Below the pieces are notes generated by a model. The model did not search any database and had not been told where the DNA came from. It worked only from the letters and a program-made list of their open reading frames with translations. This document shows, piece after piece, positions 22,369 through 30,960 of a DNA stretch of 64,000 nt. How positions within the stretch are numbered: position 1 is the first letter of the stretch; each line of letters begins with the position of its first letter. The DNA is from an uncultured Verrucomicrobiae bacterium. Lineage in GTDB: Bacteria > Verrucomicrobiota > Verrucomicrobiia > Limisphaerales > Palsa-1400. Both the position numbers and the translations under genes were made by a program. The stretch is taken from assembly GCA_963707025.1 (NCBI GenBank), contig CAVPOM010000010.1, forward strand, positions 1 through 64,000, written 5' to 3'.

Positions 22369-25086
22369 TTATTTGGGTGGATTGGCGTGGGCGATGATGC
22401 CCTCGACGATGTTGGGACTTTTGCGAAGTTCGCGGGCGCGTTTGTCGAAATGTTCGCCGCTGGACGAACTGCAATAGAGCATCTCCGGCGACGCGACGTT
22501 GTGGACCGTGCCGCAGAGGTTGCGGGTCGAGTCGGTGTGCAGATAGGTGAACGGCGAATACTTCTGGCCGGTTTGATGGTCGGGCAGCGGATAATTCATG
22601 ATGGCGTGCTGCGTCACTTCGGGCAGCGCGATGTCCTTGCCCATGTCATCCAGATCAGCGCGGTCGTTCTGGCGCATGATGAAAAACTGGCGGCTGTTGC
22701 CGAACACGGCGGAGCGGATGCGCGACTGTTTGAACCGCGCATACTGCTGCACGATGGAGATGTTCCAGCAATTGAACTTGCGAAGCTGGGCGTAGGATTC
22801 CTGGACGATTTCCTGACCGCCGGGAATGTCGAGGAAGCGGGCGACTTCCTCGTAGATGTTCCGTTTCCGAATGGCGCGCGGCAGCGTCATGATGTGCTTG
22901 CGCGCGTGGTTGGTGATGAGGAAGCCCGCCGCCGCTTTCAGTTCCTTCGCGGACTCCGGGATGTAGCCCAACTCGAAGTGGGCGATTTTGCCGGTGAGCG
23001 AAAGATTGCTCGTGCCGTCGAACAGGCAGCCGTAGTTGCCGTCGCGACACCACGGCAGAATCAGCGTGGCGATTTCCATGATCTGGTCGCGTTCGCCGCC
23101 CATCGGGTCGAGCATCATCAACTCCTGAAGCATCCGGTGCGTCGGGAATTCGTCCGGCGTGAAGTGGGCAAAGGCGAGGTTGCGGACTTCCTTGCTGGTC
23201 CGGGGGTCTTTCAGGAATTTCAGCACCGCCGGCTTCCTCGAATTGGCGCTGATATTCCTCCGCTTCGGCCGGGTGGGCTGCTTTCCAGTCGCGGAAGTCC
23301 GCAAAAGTTTCGAGGGTGGTCGCGCCGGGCGGCATTTTTTCGGCGCGAAAATTCTGCAACGCCATCGCGTGCCGGGCGATGTCGAGCAACTGGTCGTGGC
23401 GCTTCTTCTGCCAGTCCTGAAACGAATCCTCGTAAAGCAGGTTCAGGTATTTGGCGATCTGCGCCTGCCGGAGCATCTGTTTGTCCTCCTGCTCGACTGT
23501 GCCAATCATCCGCGCCACAAGCGCGGTCGCCGCCGACAAATGGTCGGGCGTGAGCGGCAGTCCCTTCGTGTCGAGATAATTGATGGTCAGGTCGCCGTCG
23601 GGATGAATGATGATGGGCCGCGCGCCTTCCTCGACCGTCGCGGTGTAGATGCCGTAGGACAGCCCTTCCTCGATGATGACGGTGTAACCGAAATAACCTT
23701 CGGTTTGCGAAAGCAGGTCGCAAACGGTCACGGATTTGCCCGCGCCCGACATGCCCAGCAGAACGGCGTGTTGCGGAGATTTATTGTCCTGCGAGCCGGA
23801 GAACGTCTCGATGCCGATGAGATTATCCTGCGGCCCGTCGTAAATTGCCTCCGCCGTGGCCAAGTGCCCGGTGAAGGTGCTGGACACCGGCAGCATGTCC
23901 GCCAGGAAACGGTGCTCGGAATAAAGTTTGCGATGTTCGTAACGTCCCCATGTCCAGCCCGGCCAGGTCTGGAAGAAAAGACTTCTTGAGGTGCTGGGCA
24001 GGTTGCTCTCGAAGTATTGCGCCGAGTTCATCGAGTTGATGGCGTTCTTGATGGCCCCGGCCTTGGCGTTGAGGCCGTCGCTGGACTTGTCCCAGACGCG
24101 GATGGCGAACATGCGCGCGGAACGGAATCGTCTGTCCCTGCATGAGCGCGTGGATTTTCTTCTGCTTCTTTTCCATGACGGTGAGCAGGGAGATTTTCTT
24201 TTCGCTGGCGTAGTCGCCGGCCACGCGGTCGTGCTCCTTTTCCTCCTTGTTGATTTCCTGCGAAATCGGGCAGCGGATCAACATTCACGGTGATGGTGTA
24301 ATCGAGCAGCCGCAGATTGGTGAGCCGCTGGATGATGCCGGGATACGTCGTGCGCGGCCAGCGGGTCAGGACAATGAGCGAGTGATAATGGCCGTCGAGG
24401 AAGAAGCCGAAATCGGACTGGCCGTTGCCTTCGCTGTGCCAGCAGTTTTCCTGAATCGAAAGTTCGGGCTCAAAACCGTCCGCCGGGTCGTAATCGAAAC
24501 GGTCGTTGAGCGACGGATTCAGAAACCGTTTGTAGTGCCGGAAATGGTCGAGGTCGGTCATCGGCAGGATGCGCGCGCCGCCGGAGCCGAAGATTTCCAG
24601 CAACAGCCGGTGGACGTGGTCGAACTCGGTTTCGAGCTGGTCGAGCAGCGTGTGGTAGTAGTCGCGCCGGGCGGCGGCGGACTGGAACGATTTCGGCACG
24701 TTCTCCAGCGAGCGCGAGATGTAGAAGATGACGCGCTGACGGCGGAGTTTGCGTTCGGACATGGCCTGCCAGTAGCGCGCGAACCGTTCGTTGCGGGTGC
24801 GTTTGGTCCAGACATTGGAAAACTTCTCCGTCTCCTGTTGGTAGCGCAGCAATTCCCCCTTGTAATCGGAATCGCAGAAGTATTGCACTTGCAGCCGCTG
24901 GTTCTCGTGAAGCGAGGCGAGCAGGAGACAGAGTTGATCCTGAAAATCGTTGAGGTCGGCGACCTGGCTGTTGGTGAGGTCGGGCGCTTCAAAGACAAAC
25001 CCCTTCGCCACATAACCGCCGCGCCGGAGCAGATTGAAGACAATCAGATCGCGGACAAAAAAACCGTTGGGAGCGCGTTCAAACAT
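22369..25086 (-). CDS. virB4: VirB4/TrbE-like conjugation ATPase, split by two frameshifts
   Basis: Walker A GMSGAGKS, Walker B IYEEV, LRKFNCWNISIVQQ; pieces 24028-25086, 22655-24112 and 22369-23304. Confidence 0.85.
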
Positions 25087-25089
25087 AGG

Positions 25090-25392
25090 TCAGACATGGA
25101 TTGAGGTTGAGGGTTCGTCAGCGGGCGTTTGTTCGGCGCGCAGGTCGGCCTGCATTTGTTCAATGCGCGTAAGCTGGTCGGCCAGTTCCTGAACGGTGCG
25201 GACTTTGGTTTGCTCGTTGACGGCGATGGAGGCTTCGCGGATGTGGGCGAGCGCCCGTTCCAGATGGGCGCGGACGATGGCGTCCATGCCGTGCTGGTGC
25301 AGCCCGGCGCGCAGATTGACATCGGCGGTTTGAAGCTGTCCGAGCAACGTCCGCCGCAGCAATTCGAGATGATTCAGTGCGCCGGCATTCAT
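25090..25392 (-). CDS. Small helical hypothetical protein in the T4SS operon
   Basis: MNAGALNHLELLRR...; ATGA overlap with the upstream gene. Confidence 0.55.
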   Translation of the reverse strand: MNAGALNHLELLRRTLLGQLQTADVNLRAGLHQHGMDAIVRAHLERALAHIREASIAVNEQTKVRTVQELADQLTRIEQMQADLRAEQTPADEPSTSIHV

Positions 25393-25736
25393 GGTCTGTC
25401 CTCCACCAATGGATGTTTGAATGAGTGGATGGTTTGAACTTCGGGGGCGAAACCGCCGCCGGAAAACCAATGTTCAAAACAATCGCGGTCGTAGCCGGGC
25501 GGCTTGCCCTGCCGGAATCCGAAGATGTAGGCGAGGCAAATACCGAGCGGCACGAGCGCGGCGAGGAAGGCCGTCAGCAAGGAGGTGTTCATCATCACGA
25601 GCAGGACGAAGAACACCGTGATGGCCACGCCGACACCGCCCACGAGCCACCAGAACAAGCCGCCTTCGAGACCCCAGGTGCGGCCTTTGGAATCGGACGC
25701 GGCGTTGGTATCGGTGAAGCGGAGTTCGGATTTCAT
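25389..25736 (-). CDS. VirB3-like membrane protein
   Basis: Two TM helices then GKPPGY; located between the pilin and virB4. Confidence 0.6.
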   Translation of the reverse strand: MKSELRFTDTNAASDSKGRTWGLEGGLFWWLVGGVGVAITVFFVLLVMMNTSLLTAFLAALVPLGICLAYIFGFRQGKPPGYDRDCFEHWFSGGGFAPEVQTIHSFKHPLVEDRP

Positions 25737-25773
25737 GCTCGTGGGCGGTTGGGGGTTGGATGCTGGTGCAGGT

Positions 25774-26133
25774 TCAGAAGGTGCCGACGCCGACGGCGCT
25801 GTTGGAATCGAGGCCGAAGATTTTGAAGAAGGCGAAAATGACCGCCGGAGCCGCCGCGATGATCGCGCCGCCGATGATGGACATCTTGCCCTGGTCAACG
25901 TCGCCACGCCGGATGGCGAAGCCGCCGTAGATGACGCACGAAATGCCGAGCACGAAGCCGAACATCATGATTACGGCGAGGCTGTTGCTGATGCCGGTCT
26001 TGAGGTCGGTGGAACTGAACGTGGTGGACTGCGCGAGAGCCGGGAGGGTGTTGAGGGCGAGGACGGCGGCGGCCACGAGGAGCGACGGCAGCCGCGAACG
26101 GTTTTTCGGTTGGATGTGTTTGATGATCTTCAT
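25774..26133 (-). CDS. virB2: VirB2/TrbC-like pilin
   Basis: Signal peptide ending ALA-Q, then two hydrophobic helices separated by RRGDVDQGK. Confidence 0.75.
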   Translation of the reverse strand: MKIIKHIQPKNRSRLPSLLVAAAVLALNTLPALAQSTTFSSTDLKTGISNSLAVIMMFGFVLGISCVIYGGFAIRRGDVDQGKMSIIGGAIIAAAPAVIFAFFKIFGLDSNSAVGVGTF

Positions 26134-26224
26134 ACGCGTTGTTTTATTTTTTTGTTTCGGTCAGCGATTCATTCGCTGCATTACGCGCCCACTCTGCCAG
26201 AAGTAAAAAACGCGATGGTGTGCG

Positions 26225-26240
26225 TGGCACACAAAGTGCA
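26225..26240 (+). promoter_or_regulatory. Candidate sigma54 (-24/-12) promoter of the AAA ATPase gene
   Basis: TGGCACACAAAGTGCA fits GG-N10-GC, ~30 bp upstream of the ATG at 26269. Confidence 0.5.
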
Positions 26241-26268
26241 AATGGCAGTCCGTGCTAGAAGTTCAGGG

Positions 26269-27179
26269 ATGAACAAAACCATAGACACGAACAAACTTAA
26301 CAAGCTCCAGAAACTGAACACGCTGCTGCCACACGAAATTCGCGGCCAGTCCCAAGTGCTGCCGCGCATCGTCTCGGCGGTGCAACGCGGCGAATTCGGC
26401 CTCACGAAGCCCGGCCGTCCGCGCGGAAGTTTTCTGCTGCTCGGACCAACGGGCGTCGGCAAAACGGAAACGGTGATCGTGACGACGAATCAAATTTTCG
26501 GGCCGGGACAATTATTCCGCTTCGACATGTCGCGAATTTCAGAATCAGGAATCGCTCGGTCTGCTGCTCGGCGCGCGGCTTGGCGAAGTTGGTTATTTGG
26601 GCGCGAGTGCGCGAGCGCGCGGCGGAAGGCTCGCTGCTGTTTGACGAAGCGGAAAAAGCGCATCCGCGCGTGCTGGACATCCTGCTGCAACTGCTGGACG
26701 CGGCGCGGATCACGGTGGCGACCGGCCAGACGCTGGATTTCAGCGGCTATTATATCTGGCTCACGTCAAACATCGGCTCGGCGGAATTGATGAGCCTGCA
26801 ACATTCCAACGACGCGACGCTGGAACGCCACGTCCTGACGCGGGCGCAACAATCCCTGCGCCCGGAAATTTTCGCGCGCGTGAATGAAAAACTCGTGTTC
26901 CGCCGTTTGAGCTACGAACACCAGTTGGAAATTGCGGAGAAATTCCTTGCGCGTGAAATCGAATTCCTGCGGGAGCGCGGACACAAGCTGGAATTGGACA
27001 AAACCGTTTTGCCGTTTCTCGTGCGCAAAGGTTTTCATCCGAAGCTCGGCGCGCGTCCGATGCGCGACGCGGTGGAAAAGCTGGTCGGCGATGCCGTGTC
27101 GGAATGCCTGCTGCAAGAGCGCCCGGCCAGCGGCGCGCTGACGTTGGACGAAATGCGCGACTGCCTGATTGTGCTGTGA
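26269..27179 (+). CDS. Stand-alone ClpA/ClpB D2-type AAA+ ATPase; frameshifted near 26530-26600
   Basis: IRGQSQV, GSFLLLGPTGVGKTE, RFDMS, LLFDEAEKAHP, LTSNIG, GARPMR. Confidence 0.85.
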
Positions 27180-27180
27180 A

Positions 27181-28015
27181 TCAGGCCAGCGAAAGATACA
27201 GATGCGTTTCGCCGATGTCCTTGTCCGGCTGAAACGCGCCGAGTTTGCGCTTCGACAATTGCGCGCAAACTTTGCGAATGGCTTTCCGCTTGGCGGCAAT
27301 TTTCGGCAGCTTCACCAACAGACAATCGGCAAATTGATCGCCGGCTTTGCCGGCGTAGATGTCAGGCGCGATCACCTCGGTCGCGCCTGCCTTGTAAAGC
27401 GCCTCAACAAATTTCAGGGCATCACTCTCGCGTTTGAATCGTCCGAGCGAGCGCACGGCCTTGCCGCCGCTTTCCAGCCACTTCCGCGCTTCGGCGCGAT
27501 TCTTCTGCGCCAAAAGTGAACGGACAAAAACTTCATGGATGTGCTTTTCCGTGGCGACCGTGTTCGGCAATGGCTTTCCGGCTTTGCCGGTCAGCTTGGG
27601 CAGCGATTTGTCTTTGGCGCGGGCGGCGCGGTATTCCTCGGCGGTGACGGGACGCCCGTGCAGATAGATTTCCTCGGACATCAACGTGCCGTCGTGCAAC
27701 CACAAGCGATAGCGTCCCGGAAAAATCGCCGCGCACGGTGGAAAATTCCAATTGCAATTGGCCATTCTCGTGCCAGGTGCGCTGAACGCCCGTGCCGTGA
27801 ACCATCCGATATTTGCCCAGCAATCGTCCGGCTTCACTCCACTGGCGGCAGACGCCGTGCAGCAAGCCGTTCTCGATAGGGTTCTTCGGTCGCCAGCACG
27901 CCGTTTTTGTGCCAGACGCGGACAACGCCATGCCTGCGACCATTGCGCAAAGGCACCACTTCACGAAGTTGGCCATTCCGATGAAAGGCTTTTTCAATGG
28001 ATCTTTTTCACACAA
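27181..28015 (-). CDS. MORN-variant repeat (YwqK-like) protein, frameshifted
   Basis: Repeats HRNGQL, WHKNGVL, WHENGQL and HDGTLMSE across frames. Confidence 0.6.
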
Positions 28016-28271
28016 CCGACAGTCGTTTTATTCAGCAATAAACCCATTTAATACCAAATTGGCGACAGAAAATACAGCCTAGAATTGAGGATGACACACA
28101 AAATTTACCTTCGAGAAGACCAGACTTCCCGCGATGAAATCCTAGAAGCAAACTCCCCGGCGGCGGCGGGCGGGTCAAAGGAGGAACGGAAGCGCGAGCG
28201 TTTAAGCGAGCGACCCGTAGTATCCTTGACGCGACCGACGACGCCACACAATCGAACAGGGTTTCATCGCG

Positions 28272-28946
28272 TTACGGCTGTGCCCCGTGTGATGGGTCAA
28301 AATAAATGGTTTCAGTCTGTCGTCCCGAAACAAAACCAAATTGATCCAGAGACAAATCGGAGAAAGCGCCATCCGGGTCGTATCCAAATCTGCGAAAGGC
28401 TTCGGCGCGGAGAAGCCACGCGAAAAAAGGATACTCGTCGCACATTCCATCGGCTATCGGATGCACGGCCACAACCCCGGCGCTTTGGGTGAAATGTTGG
28501 CCGCTTTTCGCGGCATGAAGGGTCGAGGATTTTCCGATATAGGGAAACTTGCCGGAGTAAATATGATGGACGCTCCAAGAATTTTGACTTCCGAAACGCT
28601 TTGGCCGCACTCCTCCCGACACCAAAAAGGCGACGATGGCCGGGCCATTGGAACGGGTGTCCAATGGAGCTTTCACGGCCTTTGCTGCCTGTTTGATTGT
28701 GTCAGGGAATGAGTGAATTCTCTGCCGCTCGCCTTGTGGTGCAATCCGGTCGCATCCATTCCAAAGAAGAACTGCCTTGGCAGGCCATCGAACAAAAGCG
28801 TCCAATGATTTGCAGACCGTCGTGATGCACTCACGCGGTGCGGGTTCAGTCACCGAACTGGCCTCTGCTAGTGCCCACGCGGTTAAATCGTCAAGCACGC
28901 ACCTTTGGGAAAGCTGGTTGGGAGATTCGAGATTGAAGCGAGCCAT
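28272..28946 (-). CDS. Hypothetical protein, possible HNH-like nuclease
   Basis: WSVHHIYSG...HFTQSAG...VHPIAD His-rich motif. Confidence 0.55.
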   Translation of the reverse strand: MARFNLESPNQLSQRCVLDDLTAWALAEASSVTEPAPRECITTVCKSLDAFVRWPAKAVLLWNGCDRIAPQGERQRIHSFPDTIKQAAKAVKAPLDTRSNGPAIVAFLVSGGVRPKRFGSQNSWSVHHIYSGKFPYIGKSSTLHAAKSGQHFTQSAGVVAVHPIADGMCDEYPFFAWLLRAEAFRRFGYDPDGAFSDLSLDQFGFVSGRQTETIYFDPSHGAQP

Positions 28947-28979
28947 TTTGTTTAAGCTGCACCAAGCAGCGATTTTTAT

Positions 28980-29778
28980 TCAACACGAGGCTGAACCGTG
29001 TTGGTTTTGCAGCCATTCATCCCAAGTGCTGAAACACTTCTCTCCACGGCTATTTTTGATCCGCCCCAATTTTGAATTGAGAATTCTGGCCTGCAAGTAA
29101 TCTACCAACCTTGGGAATTGGTTTTCCGGCACGAGATCCCATTTTGCGCCAAATTCTTTCTTAATGGCACGATGGATGACGATGTATTTGCCTTTTCCAA
29201 GTTTCGTGGCGTCCCATTTTTGAAAATCATTGTAACGCTCGATCAAATGAAGCGTGTAGTTGCGCTTGGCAAGATTGTGTCCAACCGCGCCTTGCGTTGG
29301 CAAGATTGACGGTGTTCGACGTTTGGACGTTTTAATGACGACTTTGGTGTGCTTGAATACCGCCGGGGCTTCCGACCATCACTTGCGCGTTGTCTGACGC
29401 CTGAATTGAAAGTTGGGTTTGTGCAAAAAGCTTTTGCGCCATCTGCGCGGATTCTTGAGAAAGTTCAATGTCTCCGTCTCGCTCGTGCATCTCCTTCATC
29501 TCGGCCAGAAGCTCCACGGTATAGGTGTCCGCGCGGTCATCCACGATTCGATGATGGACGCTGCACAACAGCAGGAGATTCTCAAAAGAGTGCCGTGCTT
29601 CGTCGGACTGTTTGGAGTCGAACCTCGACCCGCCTGTGCTCTGTGCCTTGATGTGGCATACTTCGCCGGTAATCGTGCCGCTTGAATGCACGATGGGCGT
29701 TTCGCACCTGGGATACGCGCAACGATTGCGCGAAAGGGCGAACAGGCGTTTGACGGTCTTTTCTGTAGGGTCTGCCAT
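28980..29778 (-). CDS. HNH endonuclease with C-terminal ORF6C-like domain; frameshift near 29350
   Basis: RCAYPRC...EVCHIKA...ENLLLLCSVHHRIVD; C-terminal part KKEFGAKWDLVPENQF in ORF 28980-29303. Confidence 0.7.
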
Positions 29779-29843
29779 ATTCGTGAATTCTATTTTGCCA
29801 CGGTTCTGTTCGCAAGGAGTGGCAAGGATTTTATGACAATACG

Positions 29844-30086
29844 GCTTCGGTCTGTGGTCGGCGAGCGGGGAAAGTGGAGCGGAGGGCGGAGACTGAGCGT
29901 TTAGCGAATCGCAGCCGGAGCGCAACGTCCCGCCGCCGAGCCGCAGACGGAAGCCCGCCGCTCATGCGGCAATGCAAATGCCGCTCGTGACGAGCGCGCG
30001 GTTTGCGGAGTGGAACGGGCGTCGTCGAGAGGGGGACAGGGACGACGGGCAGCCCGTGGAGCGCAGCAAACCGCGCGTTGGTCACG
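29844..30086. repeat. ~245-bp double-hairpin dispersed repeat, copy 1
   Basis: GCTTCGGTCTGTGGTCGGCGAGCGGG...CCCGCCGCCGAGCCGCAGACGGAAGC, then CGTGACGAGCGCGCGGTTTGC...GCAAACCGCGCGTTGGTCACG; homologous copies at 35584 and 51406. Confidence 0.9.
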
Positions 30087-30960
30087 GCGGATTCGGCGTA
30101 TGCTTCCCAACGAGAATTGCTTCTTGCTCCAAGCCCGCATTTGATTCGTCCATCATGGCGACGACTTGTTGAATCGTCGGATGGTTGGATTTGCGAAGCT
30201 CCATGAGCATCCGTTGATTTTTGACATCTCCAAGCAATGCGCCTTTAGAATGGCTGCGAAACAGTGCTTTCAAGTTGTTCGGAGTAAAAAGCGAAACGGC
30301 TTCGCCAATTCGTTCATAAAGACGGAGAAATTCCGTAAGACCGAGCGGGTCGTAATCAGGAAGGTGAAGAATTTTCAATCCGGCTTTGGCATTGGAAGCA
30401 AGCCAAGCAAGAAATCGGTTTGAGCAGCGTCCGCCTGTGTAAATCGCCAGAGAAAATTCCAGCCCCAAACTTTCAAACGCATGGAACACCGCCGGGTTTT
30501 CAACAAGCAAACATCCACCCCGCAAAGTGAACGGCGTTTCGTCGGTAAGCGCGAACGCGAAAACACCATTCTCTTCAGTTGAGCGCGTTGTCTCAACGGT
30601 GATGCCATCGCGAAGCAAAATTCCGTCACGCTTGCTTCGGATCCAAACGATCTCCGGCAGGTTGCTCGGGAGAGCCTTTGTGTCGCGGAATTGTGCAACC
30701 GCGAGAACTCGGCTTGAATTGGAATTTTCATCGAGCGGTGTGTCAGGAAAGTGTTGTTGAAACCAGCGTTGAAATCCGGGCGGGTTTAGAACCACAAGCC
30801 GCTGTCCTCCTGCTGCCTTTTCGCGGCGAATGACTTCACTATCAAAGAGCGGTTTGAGCGCAATTACCAGCGATCTTCCACAGGCCGAATAAGGCAATAC
30901 ACCCTTTTGCAGAAGCTGACGACATGCCCCGCGATGCTTGGGCTGAATTTTGAATTTCAT
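30082..30960 (-). CDS. jetD: Wadjet nuclease JetD/MksG (TOPRIM)
   Basis: LLVENP and HLPDYDPLGL TOPRIM motifs, LEQE; ATGA overlap with the SMC gene. Confidence 0.85.
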   Translation of the reverse strand: MKFKIQPKHRGACRQLLQKGVLPYSACGRSLVIALKPLFDSEVIRREKAAGGQRLVVLNPPGFQRWFQQHFPDTPLDENSNSSRVLAVAQFRDTKALPSNLPEIVWIRSKRDGILLRDGITVETTRSTEENGVFAFALTDETPFTLRGGCLLVENPAVFHAFESLGLEFSLAIYTGGRCSNRFLAWLASNAKAGLKILHLPDYDPLGLTEFLRLYERIGEAVSLFTPNNLKALFRSHSKGALLGDVKNQRMLMELRKSNHPTIQQVVAMMDESNAGLEQEAILVGKHTPNPP

